From Antedon mediterranea (lineage: Eukaryota > Animalia > Echinodermata), in contig NC_092675.1 in the NCBI RefSeq assembly GCF_964355755.1, positions 30,972,912 through 31,036,911 on the forward strand: a DNA stretch of 64,000 bases, given 5' to 3'. The notes beneath the pieces were generated by a model that was not told the DNA's origin, ran no database searches, and was given only the letters and a program-made list of their open reading frames with translations. The position numbers and the translations under genes were made by a program. Positions 35,901 through 50,409 of the stretch are shown here, one piece after another. Position 1 is the stretch's first letter. Every line of letters starts with the position of its first letter.

Positions 35901-38900
35901 ATATTTCAAAACTAAATCTTTCATCCCACGTCTATTGTAAAATCTCAATCATCAAAAGATTAAAAAACATTTCAATGTGTTTTACTGTGAATAAAATGGA
36001 TAGTATTGCAAAGCAGATATTTTATTTGATAATTTGTTGAAGATTTATATTGTAGAGTGTTTGTAAAGTATATAATTTGCCTGTTACCGTCATTAACACA
36101 TCAGTTTATAAAGAAAACATAAAATTCACATTTGTACAATATGTGAAATCAAACAAAAACGATGAAAGTCTAGACAATACTGCCTCCTTTTCCTCCCTCA
36201 AAAACAACAAAAACAAAAAACAACACTGGCAAATACGATCCTTTCTAATAATCAATTTCTGGTTCAATAGCTTTCAAAATTTAAGAGAATTGTTCACACT
36301 TTTGATGTGAACTTTACTCAACCTTATCCGGACGGACAATTTAATTTAGAATAATAGTTATCACTTTCTCCCATGAGGTGGGCATCTTTCTCTGTTAACA
36401 AATGAGTTTGAATTGAATCACCATCAGTAAGTCATGTTTAAACTGGATACTGACCACAGATAAAAAACAGGCATTTATTTATTGTTAATGATATTTAATG
36501 TGTTGTAACATTGATGTTGATAATGATGTTGATAATGATATACCTGATGATAATGTGGAGGTAATATTGATTATAATAATATCAGTGATATGATGATGAC
36601 ATGTGTATAATATAATTTAAATTACAAATTTACTATATGTGTAAGTAATGTATCAAAGTTCGATAATACATTTTCTTATGGCTAAATAAAGCCAATTAAT
36701 TTCCTCAAGAGCTAGCGTTTATGTGATAAGCCAACGGTAAATTAAGAAAACTCAACCAAACATAAAGATAAAACAACTCACTATCAGACGTAATGATCAT
36801 ATCATCATCATTGGTCATGTACAATGAACATTAATAACAGTAAACAAGTTGTTTATAATGCTGTTATAGTTTCTTTCTTATCATAATTCTGTGCACTGTA
36901 GGTTAAAATGATCATTTACACTCAGCAATTTGAGTTGACAATAACAATTGAGTTTTTAATGATTGTAAGACAATTCCAAGGTGTATGTTTCAAGATTTGT
37001 TATAATATGTGAGGAGGACGAAATGAGATGTTGATTACTCTAGTGTGAGAGAGCGATACTGTATAGGTAACTGACAACAAAAAGTTTACAAACGGACTAA
37101 AAAAAATTATGGGCAACTGATTTTTTCCATACTGTACAAGTTAGTTTGTAGAGTATCTGGGGGAATTTTAAACACTGTCACATGTTACAACTGTATGATA
37201 GGAATTACTGTATTTTAAAGGTACTGTAGGTTAAGAATAATAGCATATGTTACAACTGTATTTAGGAATGTGGCCATGATAGACAGGAGAAGAAGGAGCT
37301 TCTCATTTTCTGTACAATCTGCTTTTGGGAAAGTTCACTGTACAATAATGAATTAATATTAAATTACATAACATCTCGTTATGAAGTAAACTGTATGTCG
37401 CAAAATCATTTTGGCTATGAGAAAAATATAGGGTTAGCAATCAAGCATTTTACCAGCCAACTTTTAGTAAAAACAAAAATATAAACCAAATGTGTTAGTT
37501 CTATATTGAAAAGAGCTGGAACTTAACACAAGGTGGTCCTGGCATTTGGAAACAGCTACAATAAATATATATTCTTACACTGGTAATTGGTATTTCAAAA
37601 GATCTGTATTCAATAAAAAGTAAAAATACAAAAATAAATAACAAACAAAGTGGTACGTACCAATTCATTATCATGTTTAGACCAGGAAAGATTGCAAACT
37701 TGTGAGCCTGTATCTACTGTCTGTAGTGGTTGGCCTGTTAAAGTATTCCAGAACCTGATACAACGGTCAGCGGTACCCCCTCCTGACGCTAACAAACCAT
37801 GTTGGTGAGGGGACCACGCTATAGCTTTCACTGCTGCTATGTGGTCTGTATATTGCTGCACTGGTGTTAAACTTGAGTTGTTCCATACAAATAACTATAA
37901 GAATTACAAGTAAATTAAATAAAAATGTAGCAAATTAATTATTACTTTAAAAAAAAACCATTGAACTAATAATTAAACACTTTCAAAAAACTTTGAGAAT
38001 CATAAAAGCAAGAATTTCTATTCCTTTAAGTCCAAAATATTCTTCCTTAATATTCAAAATGCATTTTGGAAATTGAATAATGAAAAAAAAGTTAAATTAG
38101 TATTGAGAGAATGAGTTAAAAGCAAGTACAGTAGGTTGTAATAAGTAACAGTTGATGACTCTGAGTGTCCAACGCTATCATCAGTCTTGCATGACTTTAA
38201 ATGATATTGCAGCATCTGCGAATACAATCAAATAAAAGCTTTACTAAACTAACTTGATATTATTTACTGCTTACTTTCTTAAATTTGATTCTAATAATAT
38301 AAGAGAAGATTATATGTTGAGATAGAATTATGTATTTTGATATTATTTCATACGTATATCAATATTTGATACATGAAATGATAATATTAAGTTTATCAAA
38401 GTTTGAAATAAACCATCATTAATATCGGAAGAATAAATGTATTCAACAAGATGCAGATGTAAGTGGGCAGGCAGCTGTTATTGTCTACTCTGTGCCTTGT
38501 TTGATTTGAATCTATTAGGAAAATCATCATAAAAAATACATACAAAGAAGTGGAGTTGAGGTTTGGTGGTTATGATGCATGGCTACTACCACAAGGGTCC
38601 TGGGTTCAAGGATTTTTTCTAAGGACAAAATTACAACTCCACTCCAAAAGACTTGTAATAAGATATTGTTTATGTATAGCATCTTGCATCTATATCTTTG
38701 TTTTGTGAACCTCTGAGGGTCGCTAATGATCAGCAATTTCTGGATGGATTACCCTCATTTAAAAAAATAAATAACATAAATTACAAACATTACAAATAAA
38801 TACATTTATAAAAGATTTCCATTGGGATCATTTTATAATCTAAAATAAAAAATATAAACGTATAAAATAAACATATAAAATAAGTTATTTAAAAAGACTG

Positions 38901-41900
38901 TGATTGACTTGTAGTTAGTTGGTTGAAAAGAAATGTGATTTAACATTTTTTTAAATTACTTTTGTTGGGTTTAAATTAAAGAACAGCTTCATTGTATAAA
39001 CATTATTCAAACATTGTACAATTTAAATTTAACCGTTATATTTAGAATGTCAATGTACTGTTCGCTTGGTCAAATTAATCAGGTTACTCTGGAGATTTAT
39101 GCAAACACACATATCTCTGATTTAAGTAAATTTAAAGTTATTACTAGTAGTAAATGCTCAAACATTATCTCATAAAATTACCTGAAATAAAGTTAAAACC
39201 AAACCTATTATTGTAAATTGAAAAGAAGACATTAGTTGGTAACCTTTATCCTCTCATTAAATTATCAACAAAACAATAAAAAAACATTCTAATGTGACAT
39301 ACTTAATTTTAAAATTCAGAAAAAATAGTAACCAGTTGTTATATGACTCTTAACAGATTGTATGACCTTAACCAATAAAACATAAACATCCTATTTTAGT
39401 ATGACTTCTTTCCTTTTTTATTCTGAAAATATTCAATCAATCAATCCTTTACTTTGCAATCTTTCTGGACTAGATGATCCAATAACTTTTACAGGGCTCA
39501 TCATTATCATACTAGTGTAATACAATAAACTCACCACAGGACACAGAATAAAATGTTGAAAACAGTGAATAAAGCAACATCTTTTCTCTACAATTGATTT
39601 TTCTACAAATTGAATTAATTCCCGATAGAAACAACTATCATTTTCTGTAAATTAGAATTTGATTACAAATTATGTTTTCTTTTGGGACAAATTGTTATTA
39701 AGTTGAAAGAAGCAACAACACCGTTGTTGTTACTGTAATTGTCCCTATTATTCTATGCATAATAATAATAATGAAAATGAAAGCAATTCAACTTGTGTAA
39801 TCTATACATTCTATTTTAAAAATTAGTACGATACAAAAATGTTGCCCTCTGGAGCCATAAAGGATGTACAGTCGGTGTCACGTTTTAAGAGCGTGCTTAA
39901 AACGCATCTGTTCACTAATGCATACTGAGTTTTTCCTAGGGTAGGAGGCGCCGGAGTCCAAGATGACCGAGACATAACTGGTGCTGTTCACTAATGCATA
40001 CTGAGTTTTTCCTAGGGTTAGAGGCGCCGGAGTCGAAGATGACCAAGACATTACTGGTGCTGTTCACTAATGCATACTGAGTTTTTCCTAGGATAGGAGG
40101 CGCCGGAGTCCAAGATGACCGAGACATAACTGGTGCTGTTCATTAATGCATACTGAGTTTTTCCTAGGGTTAGAGGCGCCGGAGTCGAAGATGACCAAGA
40201 CATAACTGGTGCTGTTCACTAATGCATACTGAGTTTTTCCTAGGGTTAGAGGCGCCGGAGTCGAAGATGACCAAGACATTACTGGTGCTGTTCACTAATG
40301 CATACTGAGTTTTTCCTAGGATAGGAGGCGCCGGAGTCCAAGATGACCGAGACATAACTGGTGCTGTTCATTAATGCATACTGAGTTTTTCCTAGGATAG
40401 GAGGCGCCGGAGTCCAAGATGACCGAGACATAACTGGTGCTGTTCATTAATGCATACTGAGCTTTTCCTAGGATAGGAGGCGCCGGAGTCCAAGATGACC
40501 GAGACATAACTGGTGCTGTTCACTAATGCATACTGAGTTTTTCCCTAGGGTAGGAGAGGCGCCGGAGTCCAAGATGACCGAGACATAACTGGTGCTGTTC
40601 ACTAATGCATACTGAGTTTTTCCTAGGGTAGGAGGCGCCGGAGTCCAAGATGACCGAGACATTACTGGTGCTGTTCACTAATGCATACTGAGTTTTTCCT
40701 AGGGTAGGAGGTGCCGGAGTCCAAGATGACCAAGACATTACTGGTGCTGTTCACTAATGCATACTGAGTTTTTCCTAGGGTAGGAGGCGCCTGAGTCCAA
40801 GATGACCGAGACATAACTGGTGCTGTTCACTAATGCATACTGAGTTTTTCTTAGGGTTAGAGGCGCCTGAGTCCAAGATGACGGAGACATAACTGATGCT
40901 GCATCTGTTCACTAATGCATACTGAGTTTTTCCTAGGGTTAGAGGCGCCTGAGTCCAAGATGACCAAGACATTACTGGTGCTGTTCACTAATGCATACTG
41001 AGTTTTTCCTAGGGTTAGAGCCGCCGGAGTCCAAGATGACCGAGACATAACTGGTGCTGTTCACTAATGCATACTGAGTTTTTCTTAGGGTTAGAGGCGC
41101 CTGAGTCCAAGATGACGGAGACATAACTGATGCTGCTGAACAGGGTTAAATTTAGACCGATCAATACAGTATTTTGGTTTTGGGGTTTAGCTTTTCCCCC
41201 CCTCTCAGTATGTACAGTGTTTAGAGGTTTCACATAAAGAACTTATTATTAATTATATTATTATTAAGATACTATTTTTATTAGAGCTTTAAAATAATTT
41301 GTTCTTGTTTAAAATCTCACGTAATTCAAGTAATAGCAATTTGAGAGGGTGTTTTCTTGTTCTAATGGTACTATTTTCAGTAGTAAACCTACATATTGTA
41401 GCAACAAACATTTTGAACTACTGTAAAGACAGTCATGGCGCAAATGTGAGTTTATCTTTAAGCCTATTCAGATATCTCCAATCTAATTACAACTACAGTT
41501 CTTGTTTCAATATTCGCTTATTTTTTTACTCTCAAATGCTCTATTTATTTGGAGCATTTGGCCTCGAATTAAATCACCAAGGTAATAAAAACCACATTTA
41601 ATTACGATAAAAATACTCTCAAGAATAGGGAACATTGTATTCCAAGATGTGATAATAGAGTTGTCCTCAATTACATGCTTTTTATAATTTTATATTCTAG
41701 GTTTGATCGTGAACTAAACCTTGTCTATACTTTATGTGACAAAAAAATCTGATGTGCCCATACTGTATATGGACATGATGATGTCATTATAACTACTATA
41801 TTTAAGCATATCACTACCATATTTGGGCACATCACATTTTTTGTCAAACTAGTTAGATAGTGTAAACTGGGCTTAAGAAACAATTATTATCAATTGATAC

Positions 41901-44900
41901 CCACCCTATTATCATTTCCTCCTGAGGCTAAATGCTGATGGTCAGGTGACCATTTAAGTCCGCAGACTTCTTGACGGTGACCTGTAAGTCGTCTGTCGCC
42001 CATAACGTTTGAATTACGTAAATCTCGTTGAAGAATGACGCGATCCCTGCTTCCAGATGATAGCATATCGCTGTTCCAAGCTAACGCTCCTGAAAAAAAA
42101 CCCAGAATAATTAAATAAATTGTAGAAGGGTACTCCGTAAACTTTTATAGTAAAACATTTATTTTCCCCTTAATAAAATATTAATTCTCTTACCAACTCT
42201 TGCTGAATGACCTTCTAAAACATTCATTTTCTTCTGTGCCCCTGCATCCCATACTTGAACAAAGCCTTTATTGGTTCCAACTGCTACTAGATTACCCTTT
42301 AAATTACAGTATGAATAATGAATTAAAGATCAAGCATGATGTAAAACTGTATATTGCTCAAAACCCATCATAGTGTGTGATTTCATATTCTTGACACTCT
42401 CTGATTTCTTGTACTCTTGGCTTTCTATTTATTTTGTAGTGATTTATTATGTTATAATCATATTGTGGCTGTTAAAATGTTTGTGTAAACATAAACTCAT
42501 GTTGACTAATTGAAACCAAATTGGCCAACAGTAGTTCCTCAAAGAATCCATCTCAATTCCTCCGTTACAAACCACCACAAAGATCCTGACAAGTTTTAGA
42601 GCGACAACTTACTTTAAAAGTATATTGATTGTTGTTTTAGAGCGACAACTTACTTTAAAAGTATATTGATTGTTGTTTTAGAGCGACAACTTACTTTAAA
42701 AGTATATTGATTGTTTTTTTTATTCTCTAATTATATAAAAGTTCACTCATATTTTTTATGTAAATATAATCCCTTTTATTAACCAGATATTATATTTAAA
42801 TAAATATTCCTTCTTCATCTTCAATTTCATCTTTAACTCAATTTCTGAGTGTTTATTTTGTAAGGTATTAGTTTTGTACAATAAAACAATATCATATTTC
42901 ATAAATCCTTCTTTCTTGATTTCTTCTATCAATTTTATTAGATTTATTTGGAATTAAAACCAAATGTATATTTGAATTTGATTGCAATAATTACGGTACA
43001 TCATAGACAGTTTTGAATTAAAATCATCAGTTTTTTGTTGAAGGCCCCATTGAATCATCGCTGGTAGGATCACCTTAAAATATGGTGAAATAACAATAAA
43101 TCAATGCAGTTTATTTTATATTTAGAATTTATTATTATTATTGATAATTAATCTGAAGCAGCACAAATTTTGCATGAAAATTGAATAAAGAATTTTAGCT
43201 AAAAATGTTAATTACTTGGCAAGCATTGCAATATAAAGGAGGTTAAAAGGTCAGACAAGAAAGTAGTAAGCTGGCTTGTTTAAATACTGAGCAAAATTAA
43301 ATGGCCTAGTTATTACTCTACATGTTGTTGCAAGTAATTGATAGGCAAAATAACCAGAGTGTAAAATAGTCTGCAAAAAGCAACAATTTAGAAATTCCTT
43401 TTGTGGTCCCCAGCTTGGAAACGATTTACATATCTTTAAAATATCTATGATTCAAATGTTATAGCATAGAGGTCCTATTAAAGGATTTTTTGAACTCTAG
43501 TTTGTACCTTTATGTCGGTTTAAGGGAAGTATTGACTGAACAGTGTTGTTCCAACTGTATTAATTTAGCCCTTTAATTGTTTAAATAATGATTTCGATTT
43601 TTTCGAATTTTAAAAACTAACATCATGTCACCAAAATAATTAAATTTCATTGTTTGTTCTTTCTATAAAACGGATTAATTTTAACCTTTTTAATTTATTC
43701 CCATGTTTTCCCGTTGTGTATTGTCTCATTCAGTTCATGTCGGATTAGCAGTGAAGTAAAAAAAAAAGGACCATACAGGTGCAATATCTACAGTATACCT
43801 ATAGGCTTTTATCCTGTAAAAATATTTTTTTTAATAAATAAATTAAAAATAGCATGTTGACATTTTTTACCCCTTTTTGCTTACTACATGTGTGTATGAG
43901 AAGAGGAATGAATGAATTTGGATTTGATAGAATAAAGATGATATTGCAAGTCAGCATCATAAGATAGTAACGTCAAGCGTAAATATCTATATTAGATTTT
44001 TATTCTAGTAGTAGTAAATGTTATAAATAGAAGGATTTATGAAATCTAATACAGTTTTATTTATACAGAAGTAATACCTTAAATAAACACTCAGAAATTG
44101 AGTTAAAGATGAAATTGAAGATGAAGAAGGAATTATCTTTACACAAATACCAAGTGAAGCTTTTATGGAAAATAGCGAAAACAAATAATTGTAAATGGTT
44201 TTACAAATTATTTTCACCAATACAAACAATAAGTGTATAAAAATATTGTGAAAACCATTGATGATCGTATTAATCTCAGAAATTTAAAACACCTGAATCG
44301 ATTACGCTTCTAGCGATTAGGAATGTATGAATATTCATGAGTAAAGATCAATATACAGGCCAATTCTTGGACAGAAATCTTCAATAAAGTCGATTTTGAA
44401 CCACTTTAAAGATGTAAATATAACTTCTAAACATACACGTACATTTCAACATGATCAATTTTAAATCATTACTTAATTGTTGACATACAGAACACACAAA
44501 TGTACTAATCAGTTTTGCATACATATGGTGCACATTTAGAAGTATATACTGTAATCTAGATTAAAAATAAATATTAAACAGTATACAGTACACTATAAAG
44601 GGTGTGTCTAAAACCTGTGGATAGGTTGTAAAAACCAGTACTGCCATGTACCTACTGTACAAGTACAGGTGTTTCCTGTAAGGGTGCTATGTTGACATTC
44701 GTCTGGGCGGGAGGCCTTAAATAATGGGCAGAAGAATAAGGGGGCCACCTCAGCCTGGCAGCACAATTAAATATACTCCTTAAATATCAGAGGGTTTAAA
44801 TTTATGATTCATATAGAATGAAACAAATACATGTGTAGGGAGTTGAATGTGCAAAGAGCATGGATACGCAGGAATAAATATGAGCAGGTAGAAGGTCACA

Positions 44901-47900
44901 GGTCAAGATATAATTAAATCCTAGATTTGGTTATAACATTTCTATAATAGACACAATACAATGTAAAGTATGTTTCTTTCTTAAACCTTCTCAACATTAA
45001 TAGAGGGTGCTATACAATGTCACTGCAGTTATCAGAAGTAGTGAACATCACTGATAGGAATTGTATCATAAAATGTCCTATAAAAGGTATTCACTGAAGT
45101 ATTACAGTAATTGTTAGTAAGTGACTAAATAAAGCTCACCCTTTCATTCCATGAAACTGAAGTAACTGTGTCACCATCCACTGATAAATCACATAATTTA
45201 GTTACCTGAAAATATTAATATCATTTACTTTTTACTGTACAACACATGAAGTACTAAGAAGACTAAAGGTGCTTTCACATCGCGCCCGAATCTGTACCTG
45301 ATTCGGGCTCTGAATTCGTAGCAATGGATCACGAAGCCATTTGTTTTTGGAAATCAGCAGCAGTGGGCATGACAACAGATAACCGAATTCAACGCTTGAG
45401 ATATTTTTCTCAGCGCCAGGGCCGAATCTGGGCGTGATATGAAAGTAGCTTAACACATAAAATGATTGAATTCACTTACCTGACTGGTACAAGCACTCCA
45501 TAAGTATACACATGTACCAAGACCAACGCTTAAAATATTTGTGGAGGACCAATCTACCAAATTTAAGTAAAAATCATCTTGCAGTTCAGGTGCATCTAAC
45601 ACTTTAAACGGTATTTTTGAAATTTTTCTAATTGGTTTTCTTGGAGATCTCAGTAGCTTTTGACTGAAAAATAAAATAGTGATTATTAAAATTAAATAAA
45701 AACACAATGATAGTAATTATATTGACGAAACAAAGATACAGTTTAAATAATAATACACTTTACATGAACTGTGTAGATTTTTTATGTGGCAGTTACTCAT
45801 TATTTTGTATTCAATTTTCTCTTACTTACAATTACATTAGTAAAATATATTTTGTAAACTGCAGCACCCTGTATTCATAATATCTCAATTATGACTCACA
45901 TTTCAATTTAGCCAATTGCACTAAATATTCACACATAATAATGTTTAAATTTTGTGACCCACCCTAGAGTCTCTTTCAATATTATAGCCACCCCAAGGGT
46001 CTCTTTTAATCTTGCTTCTAGAACATCAAAGAATTTTATCGATTAATATGATGAGCATCATAAAATTCCAACAGGGAAATTTGTTTATTAAATATTTGAT
46101 CAAACAAATATTTAAAAAAAAAAATAAATATCCTTGAAATTCTCTTATTAGCTGCCATCACCTTATAATTCATCTTCGATTGGTTATTATAATTCAAATA
46201 AAATAACGGAACCAGTAGTTTTTTAGAACTGAAAATGGGTTGTCACAAAAAAGAACCAAAAAAAAGACAAATCACCACCAGAAAAACTGCACTCATTTTT
46301 TCAATTTAAACTGCAGTTAATTGATGGTCTACAGTAAGTCTAAGTTCTGTAAATTAAGATCACTTTGTAATGCGCTGTTTGTTGGAACAAATACAAACAA
46401 ACTCTTTATACTACTGTATACTGTAATATCACACAAATACAAACAAACTCTTTATACTACTGTATACTGTAATATCATACAAATACAAATAAACTCTTTA
46501 TACTACTGTATACTGTAATATCACACAAATACAAACAAACTCTTTATACTACTGTATACTGTAATATCACACTAATACAAACAAACTCTTTATACTACTG
46601 TATACTGTAATATCATACAAATACAAAAAAACTCTTTATACTACTGTATACTGTAATATCACACAAATACAAACAAACTCTTTATACTACTGTATACTGT
46701 AATATCATACAAATACACACAAACTCTTTATACTACTGTATACTGTAATATCATACAAATACAAACAAACTCTTTATACTACTGTATACTGTAATATCAC
46801 ACAAATACAAACAAACTCTTTATACTACTGTATACTGTAATATCATACAAATACAAACAAACTCTTTATACTACTGTATACAGTAATATCACACTAATAC
46901 AAACAAACTCTTTATACTACTGTATACAGTAATATCACACTAATACAAACAAACTCTTTATACTACTGTATACTGTAATATCACACAAATACACACAAAC
47001 TCTTTATACTACTGTATACTGTAATATCACACAAATACAAACAAACTCTTTATACTACTGTATACTGTAATATCACACAAATACAAACAAACTCTTTATA
47101 CTACTGTATACAGTAATATCACACTAATACAAACAAACTCTTTATACTACTGTATACTGTAATATCATACTAATACAATACAACAAAATTACTAAATAGA
47201 ACAAATATTTGAAAACAATTAGAGAGTGACAGTCAAGGCTGATCAAATGTTAAGTCAATCAGATCCACTGTAGTAAATGTATTTAAACCTAATGAGAGTT
47301 GTGGACTTACAGCGGTCTATAATAAACAAATATTTTATTAACATTCCCTGTGGATAATAGTACACAAATAATGCATAAGTCAGAGTGCGTTAGTGGAGAT
47401 GCGGCGTACTTGAGGGTATTTATAATGTTGCAACATGCACAAAGCGTAGCCTAGTGCATGTTACACAACACTGTGAATACCTGAACACATCCTTGAACCC
47501 AAACAGTATTACTGTAAATGTTGTAATTGAAGATTGAAATACAACTTATGTATTGAATAATAAAAAGCTGGTTTTCGATTGTAATCCTCCAGTGAAATAG
47601 TGTTCAGGTGTTAATTGTATACAGTACACAAGTGAACAATTAGTAAACAGCTCACTTCACATGGCCGACAAGTACGCAACAGTAATTTATTGATTGAGAC
47701 TTTTTCATAGAATTTGTATTAACTATTTATTTAATCATTTCTAATTATAAATAATTGGAAGATGGCGCCGTTCAATTTATTATATAATTTTTAATTAATT
47801 ACCAAATGAGCGATTTTTTCAATAAGAATGACGGACTAAAATAAATTTAATTTAAAAGTTTTTGACCGTGACAAACCATGGTGCTTTCTCAGGAATTAAG

Positions 47901-50019
47901 ACGCCAACCTACTTATGTTTGTATTACAGTACATAGTACATTCATTGTTCAGACTGTTTAGAAAAATCAGCATTGTGTGTACACTATTCTTGTACCGTAG
48001 TGAGCCACAGGGAGTTCTAGTTTTACTAGTAACATTATTATATTATTTATTCTTTATACTGGGTTGCCTCTTAAGTCAAAGAGGTCAACACCGATTGAGT
48101 ACAGTAGTGATGAGTTTTGTGTACAAGAAGGCAAAGAGTGACTGTGTGTGAACTATTACACCGGGTTAACCCCGATTGAGTACACTAGTGATGAGTTTTG
48201 TGTACAAGAAGGCAACAGTGGCTGTGTGTGAACTATTACACCGGGTTAACCCCGATTGAGTACAGTAGTGATGAGTTTTGTGTACAAGAAGGCAACAGTG
48301 GCTGTGTGTGAACTATTACACCGGGTTAACCCTGATTGAGTACACTAGTGATGAGTTTTTTGTACCACAAGGCACGCATACATGTAATTCATACCTTTTA
48401 CTACCAACAGGTGAGATTGAGTACGGTGATGAGTCTGCATTTTGTGTACTTGAAGGCCTATAAGCATGTACTTGGTAATGAAACAGGTTCTTAGGCACCT
48501 TCTGTGGTGTTACCATACGACGGTCTTCTGATTGTGGGTCTTTTATTGTATCAATACCAGATCCTAACAGTTCATTCTTTAACAGACAATGGTAAGCTAA
48601 TGTATCTAGCAAAATACAAAGGTACAATGTTTATTATTATTATAGTATTACTTTGTTATCAACTAAGTCAAACATTTAGCCCATACAGTAGGTAGTTGGT
48701 AATTGTTGTATCAACTGAAAACATTTGTATTATGTTAAATTATATAATTAATAATAAAATTAATAGTTTTAAGCAATTTCATATTTATACTCATGCCTCA
48801 AAAACCATTATAAAGAAATTATTGGGGAATTTTAAACTAAACATCTTCTACATGAAAATAATCACATAGAATATGTCATTTATACATCATTTAGGAGTGG
48901 AGTTGTGGCTTGGTGGTTATGATGCTTGGCTACCACTCTAAGGGTCCTGGGTTCAAGTCCCGTCAGGATTTTTTCTAAGGACCAAATCACTCCACTCCCA
49001 AAGACTTGTAATAAGACTTTGTTTATGTAGAGCATCTTGTGTATATGTTTGTCTTGTGAACCTCTGAGGGTCCCTAATGATCAGCAATAGCTGGATGGAT
49101 CACCCTCATTTAATATGGTAAAAAAAAAAAAAAAATAATAATACAGTCAACTATGCCAATAAAGACACCTGTCTTGTTTACAATATAACTCATACAGTAC
49201 GTCGTCATTTAATGAATGAATGCCTACAGCACCCACATAATGTACCTTTGCCAGATTCTACATTGTTATCCCTTGGTCTTTTCATTGAACTGGAATTCTT
49301 GTTTTTATCTTCAATTGTATTGAACCCTACGTGCCAATTTGTTGCTGCTCTACTTGGAATAAATCTATAACAAAATATAATAGTTAAATATTATTGTACA
49401 CAGTGATTTATAAAAATAAACTATGCATTATTACAGTAGGCCCCCAAATTTGTTTGTTAAATACAATCAAACTAACCGGTCTCCATATCTGTCTTTTGTA
49501 GGTGATGCTGCTTTCCCGGGTGATAGTGGCTAAAAAGAAAGGAAAACAAAATATTATTCAAGTGTGACCGGCAAGACAAGAACCAATTTGAGGTTATGTT
49601 GGTGTTACCTTCACATTGTGGGTTTGATTTAAAGATAAAGCTCTGTCTACACTACAGTATCAGTTTGACAAAAAAGTGTGATGTGCCCAAATATTGTAGT
49701 GATATGACAGGCACATCACATTTTGTTGTCCCATAAAGTTTGATAGTGTAAACAGAGCTTAAGAGTTATTTTCCAAATGAATCAAATCATGCAAATTTGT
49801 TTTTTAGAAAAGCTGTAAGGGCAGATAACCACATGGGCGGAATTTTGTTATCTTGTTCAATTACCAGTTTTGTTTTGTATTTTACATAACAAAAATTTAA
49901 TATATGGTAGCTTTTTAATTAAGTTTTAATTAGTACAAACTGACCACTTTGTTTGGAGTTCCAATCGTGCTCAGTCCATTCCGCTGTCTCAACAACCGAT
50001 TCTCATAGTCATGGTCCAT
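32935..50019 (-). CDS. FZR1: Fizzy-related protein / Cdh1, APC/C co-activator, 12 coding exons, ~489 aa
   Basis: Exons (minus) 50019-49945, 49529-49477, 49364-49246, 48605-48395, 45663-45480, 45205-45140, 42296-42194, 42089-41905, 37894-37661, 35421-35317, 34661-34569, 32976-32935, all GT-AG, 1470 nt in frame. Starts [12 protein letters not shown]; C-box DRFIPSR; [24 protein letters not shown]; WD40 repeats ([33 protein letters not shown]); C-terminal IR tail (LNHIR*). Confidence 0.97.
33303..33475. mobile_element. MITE family A copy in the last FZR1 intron
   Basis: AGCTCTGTTTACACTATCAAACTAG...GATAGTTTGGACAGAGCT. Confidence 0.72.
38548..38775 (+). mobile_element. tRNA-derived SINE, second copy
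   Basis: Colinear with 48894-49143; B-box partly deleted; AAATAAATAA tail. Confidence 0.72.
39842..39928 (+). mobile_element. L2/CR1-group LINE ORF2 C-terminal remnant
   Basis: Translates [28 protein letters not shown], matching the LP...S...FK..LKT(H/Y)LF end of L2-type ORF2. Confidence 0.7.
39908..41140. repeat. 76-bp minisatellite x16
   Basis: CTGTTCACTAATGCATACTGAGTTTTTCCTAGGGTAGGAGGCGCCGGAGTCCAAGATGACCGAGACATAACTGGTG. Confidence 0.97.
41717..41875. mobile_element. MITE family A copy
   Basis: Same internal core GATGTGCCCATA...GGACATGATGATGTCAT...GGGCACATCACA...GATAGTGTAAAC. Confidence 0.68.
42593..42717. repeat. 41-bp tandem repeat x3
   Basis: GCGACAACTTACTTTAAAAGTATATTGATTGTTGTTTTAGA. 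Confidence 0.93.
45267..45450. mobile_element. Harbinger-like MITE filling most of FZR1 intron 5
   Basis: TAA|AGGTGCTTTCACATCGCGCCC...GGGCGTGATATGAAAGTAGCT|TAA. Confidence 0.68.
46387..47178. repeat. 46-bp tandem repeat x~17
   Basis: CAAATACAAACAAACTCTTTATACTACTGTATACTGTAATATCACA. Confidence 0.96.
48090..48372. repeat. ~80-bp tandem repeat x3.5, next to the FZR1 exon 4 donor
   Basis: CCGATTGAGTACA.TAGTGATGAGTTTTGTGTACAAGAAGGCAA...CCGGGTTAACC. Confidence 0.92.
48894..49143 (+). mobile_element. tRNA-derived SINE, full-length copy
   Basis: A-box-like TGGCTTGGTGG, B-box GGTTCAAGTCC, body, 3' hairpin GAGGGT..TGATC-AGC..GCT-GATCACCCTC and A-rich tail. Second copy at 38548-38775. Confidence 0.78.
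49639..49759. mobile_element. PIF/Harbinger-like MITE family A, best-preserved copy
   Basis: TAA|AGCTCTGTCTACAC...GTGTAAACAGAGCT|TAA; internal GTGATGTGCCCAAATAT and GCACATCACA. Confidence 0.72.
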
Positions 50020-50409
50020 ATTTGGTTAGTCTGTAAACAAATCTTAAAGTTAGTTTTACTGTATATTGTTCTCAGAAAGTAACACTTATTGGAACAATGG
50101 AATAGTATTAAGCAGGATGTTCAATTTAATTAATAATAATGCTACTAACTGCTAAATAGAGCCAACAATGTTAATTTTAAATTCTGTTAAAAATACAAAA
50201 TTTCAGTAGTTTTTAAATAATTTTTCCATAGTAAATGTTTTAAGTGATTTCAACTCGTTTAGCGTAGATTTAATAGTTCGACCGTGAGTGAGGCCTATCT
50301 ACACACTATATCTAGCTACTATTCTGTATAGTAGGCCTACTATAGCTAGCTACTATTCTGTATAGTAGGCCTACTAGCTAGACTAATTTATTAACTTGTA
50401 TTGATGTAA

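Noticed and set aside
39908-41140. CRISPR-like appearance and overlapping ORFs in the 76-bp array
   Set aside because: No unique spacers, no cas genes, eukaryotic intron; a plain minisatellite.
48897-48965. Possible tRNA gene
   Set aside because: No proper acceptor stem; continues into a repeated body and A-rich tail, so it is a SINE head.
32935-50019. Assignment as CDC20 rather than FZR1
   Set aside because: The N-terminus [12 protein letters not shown], the [12 protein letters not shown] block and [18 protein letters not shown] are Cdh1/FZR1-type.
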